A stretch of 63,942 nt of DNA, the filler included, from Cercozoa sp. M6MM (taxonomy: Eukaryota; Protista; Endomyxa: Ascetosporea), in NCBI GenBank assembly GCA_040357565.1. It is 13 parts of 13 records of this genome, joined end to end, with 100 filler letters (N's around TTAATTAATTAA, not from the genome) between each part and the next. Parts side by side here need not be neighbours in the genome. Positions count along the whole stretch, not along the records: positions 19,574 to 30,898 come from JBDODJ010000404.1; positions 30,999 to 34,662 come from JBDODJ010001364.1; positions 34,763 to 36,406 come from JBDODJ010001966.1; positions 36,507 to 41,778 come from JBDODJ010000933.1; 9 more parts are not named here. One strand, written 5' to 3'. Each line of letters opens with the position of its first letter. The stretch's first letter is position 1. The position numbers were made by a program, and so were the translations under genes. The notes beneath the pieces are model-generated. The model did no database searches. It was not told the origin of the DNA and saw only the letters and a program-made list of their open reading frames with translations. Below, one piece after another: positions 24,630 to 36,888 of this stretch.

Positions 24630-25720
24630 ATGACAGGAGTAGCAAGACTTGCTTGCACGAAACTGAGACCACGCGCGCGTAGCATGACCTCGAATCCGCA
24701 TCCATTATTGGAGGTAAATTTCATGTTGCTGCTCCGTATTATCCACACAAGACACGAGCGTTTTGTATTGATTTCTCAGGGGGTCAGAACTCTTGATTCG
24801 TCGATCACGTTCCAGCAACTCTTGGACTTCACGGCACGCGGGAAGCTTCGTGCTTTCGCTCGACATCCCGACGTTGAGCTTAAGTACCAACTTGCGAAGC
24901 GCGAACTCGCCAAGCGAGGGCTTCCGGTATCATAACTGCTTTATGGATGTTGCTTTATAAGGTTCTAGAGATGGTTTGATGTGTTTGGTACAGGTGTCTT
25001 CCAGTGTTCTGCAGCGGGAATACGGGACCTCGAACCGAGAAAGCGTGTTGAGAGTGGCTCAAAGCGAGCTCGACTGGTCGCGGTATGCTGCAGAGACTTG
25101 TTGTAAATTTCAACGACTGTACGAATTTTGAGCGCAGACTGGTACCAAACACGTACCCCTACTATGTTGACGAAGCGAAACATTTGGTTCTTTGGTCGCT
25201 TGGTAGCCTGTGATTCTCTCCTCGCTAACTAAGTTGTTCCATTCATGCTTGATTGAATGATCGAGCAGAATCGCTGGACGTTGAGAGCTTTGAAAGCGGT
25301 CAAAGCACGAGCGCAAGTTCTTTCATGACGGACGCTTCATCTGATTCCACCGATCGCTACGTGGGCGAGCGTCGGTGTTTGAATCTCCAGCTGCGTTTGG
25401 TGATGCCTTCCGGGACATATTTGAGTCATTCTGACGACGCTGTTCGTGAAGTCGACGAAAGGATAGCACACGTCACCGACGCAGAGGTGGTACGAGATAA
25501 GCACGTCGTGCGACTGGTGCGGAAACACCTGTGCGAACGACTGTGCCGGGAGACTGCCGAGTCTTTCGCTTTCGACGGCTGCTCCTTCGTCAACCCGACA
25601 GCGCTGCGCTCGATTCCGGACGTGTCTCACGCGCAAGTGTTCCTGCGTTCGCTTGACCCTGCCGGCAACTGCGACAATTCGCTTCTCGATCGACTATTCT
25701 TTTCCGGCAAGGCTCATTGA
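24630..25720 (+). CDS. DUF3605 / GIG1-like (N-acetylglucosamine-induced protein 1) protein
   Basis: ITFQQLLDF..FARHPDVELKY, LVPNTYPYYVDEAKHLVLW and FVNPTALRSIPDVSHAQVFLR match the family motifs. Arg-rich N-terminus resembles a mitochondrial presequence. Confidence 0.75.
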
Positions 25721-25987
25721 ATTGAATCTCCCGTCCCCGGTGCTGTCCGGCGACGTTGTGTTCCTTCGCTTTCTTGCCATGATCGTTACTGCAACTGGCC
25801 GAATAATTTCGTGACAGGATACGTACGCCGAGCTCGACTGTCTCTGTCGTGTCGTGTCACTCAATCAAATAACATTGCCCGCCAAGAAACGCCAAAAAAC
25901 GCTAACGCAGCGAATGCATCCGACACAAATTGTGCCCCTACGAGCAACCGCGCGATGAGTGTAAACACCAGTGCGAACAAACGAGCA

Positions 25988-28054
25988 TGATGAACGTAGG
26001 GCAGTTTTGGACGGCACCAGCGCGAAATCGCTCGGGAACAGAGACACCACCTCAACTCACGTATCTCGCCCCACACTTTGTTTCGCAAAAGATGCGGCGC
26101 GCACAGTCGCTCCAAAGCAAACAGCAGAAACCGGTGAGAAAGCGGTCTCCACGAAGAGTGACATGGGCACCCCCTCCAACGATGCGACCGGAAGATATGA
26201 TTGAAGGCTGCGGCTTGGAGCACGTTCAAGCGCGTCTGGAGAACTTACGCAAACAGCGCAAACTTCTCATGGAACTCAAGTTGGGCGACGAGGGCGCGGC
26301 CAAGAAGCTATCCAGGCTCAAGAAAAGAACGAGGATTGATGCGTCCACATCCTCCAAAAAGAGCCATGTGGACATCGCTTCGTATATCAGTGACACCGAC
26401 AGCGACTCTGAAGGCGAGACTGATGAACGTGAAGGCGCGACGAGCCAGGCAAAGCGAAAGTTCGAGAAAGTTCGGCTTGACCATGTTATCAAAATCCAGG
26501 AACTCGAGCACAAACTCTACGGTTTGGAACATGAGGAGGCGAAAGAAGCACGTCGAAAGCGAGCAGAGCAGCGCCGGCAAGACTCCGAGCTCAACAGGAA
26601 GATTAAAAAGATGATGGTAGCAGCTCGCAGGCGTTCGTCACAAGAAACAAAGAACCATGCCGCTTTCATACCTGAGCATATTGACGAAGCTGAGCTCAGT
26701 GATGTCGAGTCTCTTGTTTCGCACGCTTCCTCTAGTCCAGCATCCGATCAAACCAACAGCGACTCCGAATTCAAGCACTCGCGCGAGAGGCAAGACCAGC
26801 AGAAGCGACCGGCAACGGCTCCGTCGTTTTTGTCTCGTACCACATCCAAAATCTCCTTTCAGTTTCACTTTCGGTGTGTGTTGTACCAGGTCCAAAAAAG
26901 TCTCGGATTCGAGATGGTACAGTACAAGTAAACTTATTTGGCCACAGCACTTTGTGTCATGATGCGAGAAGTAATAATAGTAAAGTTGCGCAGAGAAATT
27001 CAAGGCCTACATGAATGAGTTGGAAGAAGACTTTCTCAGAAACTCGACTGGGTTTGTGTATCATGCAAACCCAATGCCTCGAAGCACGACAGAGCCGCGG
27101 TATCAACATCTTGTCGAGCAGGCAGAGAAACGAAGGCGAGAAATGAGGGAGACAAGCAAAGCCGAGTCTACGCGCTGCCTGAAACCATTTGCTTTCGACG
27201 CTGAGGACGCTCGCCGGCGACAGAAACGCAATCGGTGGAGAAAGCTGCAAAAGCGAGAGCAGTTCAAGAAGACAGTCGGGAGACACTTTCGACCCCACCC
27301 TGTGCCAAACTTTAGCGAAATCCACGAACAATTGCGACTTGAAATTGAGCGAAAGAAAGCAGAGCGTAAAGAACACGTCACTGCGATGGCAACACAACCG
27401 ATTGCACCTCTGTGTTCGAAACCCAGGTCCACAAAAAGAGAACTTCAACCAACAGAGGTCGTCCGAATGAAGAGCGCCGAGCAAGAGATGAAAGAACTCA
27501 AGCGAGAACGAGACAGGGTGAGCAAACTCGCACAAAAGCTGGATCGTGAGCGCAGGAAAGGACTCCAGCAAAACCGAAACGGCGAAAACTCGCTCATTAA
27601 GCACGGGATTTTGGCACAAACATCGCGAGCGCACGAGTTGCGCACGCAGCGTCGCCGCAAGCTCCTTGAGAAACTTCACCGCGTCGAGCGAGGCGAAAAG
27701 ATACCGCTACCGTCGGACTTGGTGCCAGTAAAAGTGTCAGCACACACCATCGGCAGCACAAAGAAAGACGACTGCTTGCGCCAAGCGATCCAAGCCAAGC
27801 GGAAGATGAAGGAACTGCTCTCTCAGCAAGAAGAGATGTCGCTGACTCAGCGCGAGCAGCGACTGCATGATAAGTGGGCCCCACGCATCAGCAAGGTCGT
27901 GCAGCACGACAGGCGGGCGCTTCTTCGCCGCAAAGCTCACGCCATCGCTGAGGCCAAGCGCGTCGATCGCACACGACAGTCTGAGTGGACGCAGTTCTTG
28001 CAGCAGATGCATGCTCGAGTCGAGGCGAGGCCCCTGCTGTACCGCTACATTTAA
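25988..28054 (+). CDS. FAM161: FAM161-like (UPF0564) centriole/cilium coiled-coil protein
   Basis: Charged coiled coil with YHANPMP, KPFAFDAED, FRPHPVPNFSEIH and C-terminal RVEARPLLY. Two small introns near 26837-26992. Confidence 0.65.
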
Positions 28055-28361
28055 AACTTAGCTTTTTTGTTTCGATGAATATGCCTGTGTTTGCAGCATC
28101 GAGCAGCAAAGTCATATGGCATCCACAACAAAGTTATGCGACCTGGCTATTCGTCGACGAAAATTTGTCGATGGGGAATGATCTAGGTCCGTAATAGCGC
28201 CTCTCTACGCCTTTAGTGGTTAAAACGTCTAATAATACATCACAGAATTCGACAACTTTCGCAGCGGCTACACGCTTTGAGCAACACGCTCTTTTTCATC
28301 TCAGAAAGGCCTGCAGTCGTGTGTTGGCGTTAGTGAGAGTCACATTGTTTGTTGAATAATC

Positions 28362-29967
28362 ATGAGGTGAGTCAGATGCGCAGATTTCGGGTTCGGTTTG
28401 CTGAGTGATGAGTGATCCACGTCACTTGTCTGAGGCAACACGTGCTTTTTTCTCGTCTCGATTTGTCATGATTCGACGTTTTCTTTTCATAGCAAGTCGT
28501 GGGATATCAAGGGTGCGCCTGGTGCCATGCGCACGCGCAACCCGATCCGCGAGATTGTCGACACCATGCGTGTACGAAATCAACTTGACTCTGCTTGACT
28601 GTGCGCGAGTCCTTTTGTCGCAGCTCCAGGGCTCTGCCGACAAGCCGGTGATTCCGCTGAGCATTGGCGACCCGACAGTGTTCGGCAACTTGCCTTTCTC
28701 GGAGAGCGTGAGGTAGGCTATATCTCCTACGTTATAGTCCAACTGCCCTTGCCCTTGGTATCGATGTCTGCTACGTTGGCAGCAATGCCGTGATCTCGGC
28801 GGTGAAGGGCGGCGAGTCCAATGGCTACGTTCCCGCCGTGGGCATTGAGGCCACGCGTGCCGCCATTGCCGAGCGCTTCTCGCGTGATGGCGCCGAGCTG
28901 ACGGCGCAGGACGTCGTTCTGGCCTCGGGTGCGTCGGGCGCACTCGATCTCGCTCTGTGCGCGCTGTGTAGCTCGGAGCGCAACGACAACATCTTGCTGC
29001 CGTCGCCGGGTTTCTCGCTCTACTCGACGCTCTGTGAGCGGTAAACATCAGCTTTGCTTCGCGCCTCCCTGACTGGGTAAGTTCCTGTGCGGTGCAGTTA
29101 CGGCGTCGAGATCCGCAAGTACCCGCTCGTGCCGGAGCAGGACTGGAACGTCGACGTGGCCGCCATGGAGGCCCTCATTGATGAGAACACGCGTGCCATC
29201 CTGGTCAACAACCCGAGCAACCCGTGCGGCAGCGTCTACTCGGCCGAGCACCTGCGCGAGATCCTCGCTGTGGCCGAGAAGCACTGTCTGCCCATCATCA
29301 CGGACGAGATCTACGCTGACATGGTACACCCGACCTACCTTTGCCCTTCCTCTTTTATTTTATCTTTGCTCTTTTTACTCCTACCGTGCAACAGGTGTTT
29401 TCGGGCGAGACCTTTGTGCCCATGGCGAGCTTGACGTCGGAGGTGCCGATCCTGTCGGTCGGCGGTTTGGCCAAGCAGTTCCTCGTGCCGGGCTGGCGCA
29501 TGGGCTGGGTGCTCATCCACGATCGTCACGGACGCTTCGCCGAGGTGCGCGCCGCACTGGCCAAGCTCGCCACTCTGATCCTGGGTCCGAACTCTCTGTG
29601 CCAGGCGGCCATCCCCGAGATTTTCAGCGAGACCGAGCCCGAGTTCTACGCCGAGCTCAACGCGACGCTGGAGCGACACACCAAGCTCCTCGTGGACCGC
29701 ATCGCCGCCATCCCGGGCCTCACGCCGATTGTTCCCAAGGGCGCCATGTACCTCATGATCAAGGTCGACATCGCCAAGTTCCGCAACATCAACAACGACG
29801 TCGACTTTGCGCGCCGCCTGCTCAATGAGCAGTTCGTGTTCGTGCTGCCCGGTAAGTGCTTTGGCGCCGACAACTTCTTCCGCGTCGTGACGTGCCCGCC
29901 GCCTGAGAAGCTCGCCGAGGCCTGCGATCGCATCGCCGCCTTCTGCAGCGACAACTACATTGCCTAA
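28362..29967 (+). CDS. TAT: Tyrosine aminotransferase (PLP class I), complete, 6 exons
   Basis: NPIREIVD, IPLSIGDPTVFGN, NNPSNPCGSVYS, ITDEIYADM, GGLAKQFLVPGWRMGW (PLP lysine), VLPGKCF. Confidence 0.95.
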
Positions 29968-30268
29968 GTGCAAAAACGACAGCAGTCTGTGTCGTCTAGA
30001 TCTCGTCTCCCAGTGCCGCGCCTCGGGTCGAATTCGATTGAAATGGAACAGCTGGAACAGAAAAAACGAGTGCACTACATATCTGATCTGCGCCACCCCG
30101 GGCCTTTCGTTTGTCGTGTCGTGCATCCAATCAGATTGAATTGAATTGAACTGTAACGTACTGTAACGTATAGACGAGATGGATAGCTAACGTAAGAGAA
30201 GCAAGCAACGCAGCTGAACGGAACCCAAAGACGGCACTGACAGGGCTCCAGTCCGACCCGGCGTTTAG

Positions 30269-30794
30269 CTAGCGCCGTCGCTGGTAGTAGTCACCGGCGG
30301 CGGCATGTGGGGCACCCGCAGAGCCGGGACGACCCTCTCCGCGCGGATGATGACGGTGCGGCGGCAGTGCCTGGCCACTGGCGTGATGGTGGTGCTGCGG
30401 CGGCACTTGCTCGCGGTACGGCAGTCGCTTGGCGCGCCTGGCGTCGTCCGCTAGGTCATTATATATATAACTGATACATACATACTATATATATAAGGGG
30501 CAGAGTAGTATACTCGGTTGCTCGCGTTGCGTGAGAAAGTGCAGTCGAATCTGCGAGCAACGAGGACAGAAAATGTGAAGGAAAAATAAGGTTTAGAGTA
30601 AGCTGTACCTGCGACTGACGCAGACAGTACTGTCGCCAGGTGTGCTCATCGAAACTACAGACAGCCCTTACCCTTCCCTCCATCTCTCTAATAGGTGCTT
30701 CCAAGCCTACCCATAGTTAAAGTAGTCTGTGGGATCGGCACCCGGCGCAGCCCAAGGTCGCTGCGACAGCGCAGTGACGTCGATGTCGTAAACT
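30269..30794 (-). CDS. FIP1: Pre-mRNA polyadenylation factor Fip1 (5' partial); missed by the ORF track
   Basis: Spliced exons give VYDIDVTALSQRPWAAPGADPTDYFNYG|FDEHTWRQYCLRQ, the Fip1 motif. Ends DYYQRRR*. Confidence 0.9.
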
Positions 30795-31023
30795 CTGCAT
30801 GTGTGTTTGTGTGTATGTGTATGTATGTATGTATATATGTATGTATGTATTTATGTATGTGTGTGTGCGACGCACGAGGGTACTCCCAAAAACACACANN
30901 NNNNNNNNNNNNNNNNNNNNNNNNNNNNNNNNNNNNNNNNNNTTAATTAATTAANNNNNNNNNNNNNNNNNNNNNNNNNNNNNNNNNNNNNNNNNNNNCC
31001 CCCCCCCCCCCCCCCCCCCGTAG

Positions 31024-32569
31024 AGCCGACTGCGGCCGCTGTTGCCTACGGTCTGGACAAGAAGGGCGAGAAGAACATCCTGGTGTACGACCTCGGTGGC
31101 GGTACCTTCGACGTGTCGCTGCTCACGATCGAGGACGGCGTGTTCGAGGTGATAGCCACGTCGGGTGACACGCACCTCGGTGGCGAGGACTTTGACGCGC
31201 GCCTCGTGGCCCACTGGGTCAAGCAGTTCAAGAAGAAGACCGGCAAGGACGTCAAGAAGAATGCGCGCGCGCTGGCCAAGCTGCGTCGCGAGGCCGAGAA
31301 GGCCAAGCGCACGCTTTCGACCACGCACCAGGTCACGGTCGAGATCGAGTCGCTCATGGACGGCGAGGACTTCTCCGAGAAGCTCACGCGTGCCAAGTTT
31401 GAGGTAGCGCTGTCACCCGTCCATTTGCTCCCTTAACCCGCTACCCTCTACCTCTACCCTCTACCCTATCCTCCCGTGATGACAGGAGCTGAACGCCGAC
31501 CTGTTCAAGAAGACGCTGAAGCCGCTGAACGTGGTGCTCAAGGACTCGGGCCTCAAGAAGAGCGAGATCGACGAGATCGTGCTGGTGGGCGGTTCGACGC
31601 GCATTCCCAAGGTGCAGAAGCTCGTGCAGGACTTCTTCAACGGCAAGGCGCCGAACCGCGGCATCAATCCGGATGAGGCCGTGGCCTACGGTGCCGCCGT
31701 GCAGGCCGGCGTGCTGTCGGGCGACGCCTCCGAGGCCGGTGTCATTGTGATTGACGTGACGCCGCTGTCGCTCGGTATCGAGACGGTGGGCGGCGTCATG
31801 ACCAAGATCATCGAGAAGAACTCGGTGGTGCCGACGCGCAAGTCGCAGGTCTTCTCGACCTACCAGGACAACCAGCCGGCCGTGTTGATCCAGGTCTTCC
31901 AGGGTGAGCGCGCCATGACCAAGGACAACATCCAGCTCGGCAAGTTCGAGCTCACTGGCATCCCGCCGGCGCCCAAGGGCGTGCCGCAGATCGAGGTCAC
32001 CTTCGACATCGATGCCAACAGCATCCTCGAGGTCGGTGCCAAGGACAAGGGCACGGGCGAGGAGCAGACCATCACGATCGACGCCGATAAGGGCCGTCCG
32101 TCGGACGAGGAGATCGCCGAGATGCTGCGTGCCGCCGAGGAGTTCGCCGACGAGGACGCCGCGCTGCGCCAGAAGGTGCAGGCCAAGAACTCGCTCGAGT
32201 CCTTCATCTACGGCACCAAGTCGCAAGTCAACGATGAGGACAAGCTCGGCGGCAAGCTCTCGGACGACGACAAGGAGGAGATCCTCGAAGCGCTCAACGA
32301 GGCCGAGGAGTGGCTCGCTGACAATGCCGACGCCGATGCTGAGGACCTCGAGGACAAGCTCAAGGAGCTCCAGGATGTCGTGCAGCCCATCACCTCGGTA
32401 CCCCGCCCTTTGTCTACCTCCCTCTACCCCTACCCTGTCTGTTAATAGGAGATCTACGGCGGCGGTGCTGCTGACGAGGACGACGACGACTTTGATGTAG
32501 GCTTGTGCTCTCGTTGGTGTGGGTGTCATGTTTACCTACCTCTTTTTATTGCAGCACGACGACCTGTAA
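31024..32569 (+). CDS. HSPA5: ER Hsp70 BiP/GRP78 (5' partial), ending HDDL
   Basis: [61 protein letters not shown]. Last exon CAC GAC GAC CTG TAA. Confidence 0.97.
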
Positions 32570-32859
32570 GTACGGCCACGTCTGTGCACGTACGTCGTCG
32601 TGTCGTGGTCTGGACGGACATCTGTCGGTGCCGATATCGATTTCTCACGTTCGATCCTGATCAACAGAAAAGTAGTACTATAAAATCAAAAGGGAAGCGC
32701 GACCACGGCCGTCTTTTTGTCATCCATGTCATTAATAGTGAGTCGAAGTTGAAGCGGAGCAGAGTTCAGTCAGTGCCGCCTTTGTACTGACGGCCCGGCG
32801 ATGAATCCGCATGTTTTAACTCTTAGTAAATACAATCGAATAATCACGATCAAGAAGGC

Positions 32860-34612
32860 TCATAATTCAGGGTATTGATAGTCGGGACAGCTCTCATTAT
32901 CGCTGTCCAGGCGCACCAGGTGCGGACCGCCGGGCCCCGTGCCGCTATGTGCTTGCACCCATGGGTACATCTGCAAGGCTGGGTGCGTCTCCGAGGCGGC
33001 CGTGTCCACAGAGCCCGTGAACATCGGATTTCCTACCAAAGCGCCGTCTAAGCCCCCGGGGAAACTGCCGGACTGTAGTCACAAGACTGGTCGAATACTT
33101 GTAAAGTGCGTGGAGGACAGAAGTAAACACACCTGCTGCACAAAGCCGTCGATCTGTATCGCCGAGAGATCGCTTCCGGCGTTAAAAAAATCATCCACCA
33201 GCAGATCGCCTACGGTCGCGAAACCGAGTTGGCCGACACTAACGTCCGTCCACAACATCGAGGCGGTCTCTGTCCCGCCGAAGCCGAACCACCTTACCAA
33301 ATCTGCTCCTGACGTTGCTGGAACTAGCAACTGCACGCGCGAAAGCGGCCACGCGGTTGAAGGAGAATGACGAAGTCCACATTCCAGCCTCAGTAAACAC
33401 ACTGGCCGAGATGCGCTCGAGCGGCGACGATTGCAGAGCGCCAGTAGAGCCACTGTTCAACACAACACCGGATTCAGCGCGGTGCGAGCTGCAACATTTG
33501 ACGAAAATAAAATTTAAGCCTCAACTGCCTGGAACCGGGGGATACTGATGAAATGCTGCTGTGGTTTTTGTACTGGAACTTCGTCACTCTGTTGAAAGTA
33601 GCGCCTTTGGAGTCGGGTTCTACGTACAGCCCTCGACTCGAACAAAACGATGCCAGGTTACGCAGAATGAGCAACGAGTTCGCAGCCGCAGCGGAGTTCA
33701 AGAAAAAAGAACCAGAACTTGTGTACTCGACTCTGCACAATTTGTCCGCCACAGAGCGTCATAAACCGACAAGAGGCACCGTAAATACCGAGTGTGTTGA
33801 ATGTGAGCGTCCATGGTGGAGATTATAACTCCGGTATGCGGAGTGGGAGGACTGGAGCTGGTCACGACGATGGGAGCACCCGGTCGGCCATAGAATCTGA
33901 TTGTGGAGCCGGGATTAAACTGCAGAGCTCCGGAAGGCGATGTTAGTGTAGCACCGGCTTCGACACACAGAGTGCCGTCAGCGGCTACAAACAACCCGTT
34001 AGTCGCAATGGCACAGATAGTTCCGGCTGCGATGATGCACACATCGTCGGAATCGATGGAGACAGCGTCGTTTCCGCCATCGCAGCAGGGAGTATTGTGC
34101 GTAAACGCGCTGCAGTCGAAGATGGCTGAGCACATCATCGTGTCGTCATTGCACAATCTACACGCGGTCGACCCAGTCTAAACATGATACTGTGTACTGG
34201 GTAGTGAATAGAACACACCCGGACTGACACTGAAGGTCCTCGTTGCAGGATTCGCCCGCTATGCCCATGCAGCGATCCAGAACGCACACAGCACTACCGC
34301 CACATTCGTTGTCCTGGGTACACGCAGCTCCGTACACGCACAAGCTGTTCTCGCATACGAGCCCATCTCCGCACTGTCCAGGAATTCCTTCCCCGCAAGT
34401 AGCGAACAGTGGCAGAGTGGGTGTCGCTGTCGTCGCACTCGTTTCTGTTACTGTCGTCGTCGTCGTTTCTGTCGCGATCGTACGCGTCGTCGTGCTTGTT
34501 TCAGTTTGAGTCGACGTTGTCGGCATCGTTGTCGACTCCACGAATTCCAGTCGGTGACGTAACTCGTTGATTTGACTTCGCAGAAACTCGCCAGTTATCA
34601 TCATGTTCTTTT
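32860..34612 (-). CDS. Putative secreted/surface protein: Thr-rich stalk, Cys-rich repeats, beta-rich domain (5' partial)
   Basis: TTMPTTSTQTETSTTT stalk, C-x-x-D/N-x-x-C repeats (CTQDNECGGSAVC, CNEDLQCQSG), then a small-residue-rich region. Last exon ends CPDYQYPEL*. Confidence 0.6.
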
Positions 34613-34614
34613 GC

Positions 34615-34662
<48 letters not shown>

Positions 34663-34762
34663 NNNNNNNNNNNNNNNNNNNNNNNNNNNNNNNNNNNNNN
34701 NNNNNNTTAATTAATTAANNNNNNNNNNNNNNNNNNNNNNNNNNNNNNNNNNNNNNNNNNNN

Positions 34763-34807
<45 letters not shown>

Positions 34808-35589
34808 CCAAGTGTTGTTGAGAATCCTGACTGCGTTGATGCTGCTTCTTGAGAACTCTGCGCAACATGCGAACATCGCAGACAAGCAGAGTTGGGCACT
34901 TCATGGCCATGAGTAAAGAGAGACAAGGCCCACCTCAGCAGACAAAGAGCCACCAGCGCTCACGCGGTCTTCACTGTCCGTAAAGAAGGGGCATCCAACT
35001 GGCCCATCCGCTGCCATCTTGTAACTTAGTCCTCAGGGAGATCAAGCACGCCCTACCAATACACACAAGCACTCACACCTTCCGTAGACATAGGTTGTAT
35101 TGCTATTACCTCCAAGGAGTGCACATACACACAACACATGCACAGTACACATTGCAGACGCACGTGTGAGTGAATAAGTAAAGTACCTAATGTGCACCGA
35201 TGTGGTGGTACTCAACAGAAGCAGCTGCATGGGACACTCGTAAATTAACCAAGTGATATCGAATACATCATACCATCAATGTCGGCACCGTTGTATTTGT
35301 TGTCTTCTTCGTATCGATACCGATTATCGAAGGTATTTTTGTCGTTGATTCGGCTGCGACACAAACATTCGCAGAAGAAACAAAAACGACACTGCGTGAA
35401 ACAAGCGCAGCGCACCTCGCATCTTTTGTGCCGAAGAGCTCGTCCAAGTCAATCTCTTTCGCCTCCTCTTGGGCCGGCGCAGAACTAAATCGCGTAGAAG
35501 ACGACTGCAGGTGATCGCCCGTTGCACGTTCGATCGCGACATGGCGCTGCGTCCATCTATCTATACGGGCACGCGAAACNNNNNNNNNN

Positions 35590-35634
<45 letters not shown>

Positions 35635-36406
35635 CCAAGTGTTGTTGAGAATCCTGACTGCGTTGATGCTGCTTCTTGAGAACTCTGCGCAACATGCGAA
35701 CATCGCAGACAAGCAGAGTTGGGCACTTCATGGCCATGAGTAAAGAGAGACAAGGCCCACCTCAGCAGACAAAGAGCCACCAGCGCTCACGCGGTCTTCA
35801 CTGTCCGTAAAGAAGGGGCATCCAACTGGCCCATCCGCTGCCATCTTGTAACTTAGTCCTCAGGGAGATCAAGCACGCCCTACCAATACACACAAGCACT
35901 CACACCTTCCGTAGACATAGGTTGTATTGCTATTACCTCCAAGGAGTGCACATACACACAACACATGCACAGTACACATTGCAGACGCACGTGTGAGTGA
36001 ATAAGTAAAGTACCTAATGTGCACCGATGTGGTGGTACTCAACAGAAGCAGCTGCATGGGACACTCGTAAATTAACCAAGTGATATCGAATACATCATAC
36101 CATCAATGTCGGCACCGTTGTATTTGTTGTCTTCTTCGTATCGATACCGATTATCGAAGGTATTTTTGTCGTTGATTCGGCTGCGACACAAACATTCGCA
36201 GAAGAAACAAAAACGACACTGCGTGAAACAAGCGCAGCGCACCTCGCATCTTTTGTGCCGAAGAGCTCGTCCAAGTCAATCTCTTTCGCCTCCTCTTGGG
36301 CCGGCGCAGAACTAAATCGCGTAGAAGACGACTGCAGGTGATCGCCCGTTGCACGTTCGATCGCGACATGGCGCTGCGTCCATCTATCTATACGGGCACG
36401 CGAAAC
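34763..36406. repeat. Apparently identical ~817 bp direct duplication either side of a 10-N gap (scaffolding artefact), containing minus-strand exon fragments
   Basis: 34763-35579 is repeated at 35590-36406. The ORF track lists identical ORFs offset by 827. Confidence 0.9.
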
Positions 36407-36556
36407 NNNNNNNNNNNNNNNNNNNNNNNNNNNNNNNNNNNNNNNNNNNNTTAATTAATTAANNNNNNNNNNNNNNNNNNNNNNNNNNNNNNNNNNNNNN
36501 NNNNNNCCTCTACCCCCTTAACCCTCTACCCCCTTAACCCCTACCCGGGTCGCCAG

Positions 36557-36624
36557 AGTACGTGCGCAAGTTCGCCAAGATTTCGCTGGCCTTCGCGATC
36601 GAACTGTCGGCCGAACTGTCCTAA
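36557..36624 (+). CDS. Last exon of a probable M28 leucine aminopeptidase
   Basis: After a C-rich intron and AG: YVRKFAKISLAFAIELSAELS*, resembling the C-terminal helix (KF.K..LAF..EL) of M28 LAPs. Confidence 0.55.
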
Positions 36625-36888
36625 GAACACTCGTCTGAGTCTACTCGTGCTGTGGCTACACTGGCAGTTAGGACATATAGTACTAAAATTGTTGTACGAT
36701 TGCCGAGAAAGTAAGAATGGTCAGGTTTTTCTTTTGTCTCGCCGCTAGCTGCTCTAAGTGTATTCCACTGTGTGCGTATAGTACACCGGGTTAGATTCTC
36801 AATACGCGGAAAGATCAGAAGAGAGGTAGGGCCGTCGCTCCCTCGGCTCAAACGAATGATTCCGTCGGTGTTCCTGCTTGGTTTGTCC

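Noticed and set aside
29965-29967. Alternative genetic code
   Set aside because: TAA (TAT, BiP), TAG (LST8, ALAD) and TGA (DUF3605, GPCR) all terminate genes at expected positions, and I saw no in-frame stops in conserved exons.
31441-32529. 362-aa antisense ORF
   Set aside because: Well-known antisense shadow of GC3-rich Hsp70 coding sequence.
34763-36406. Tandem gene duplication
   Set aside because: Apparently identical copies abutting a 10-N gap; typical scaffolding overlap artefact.
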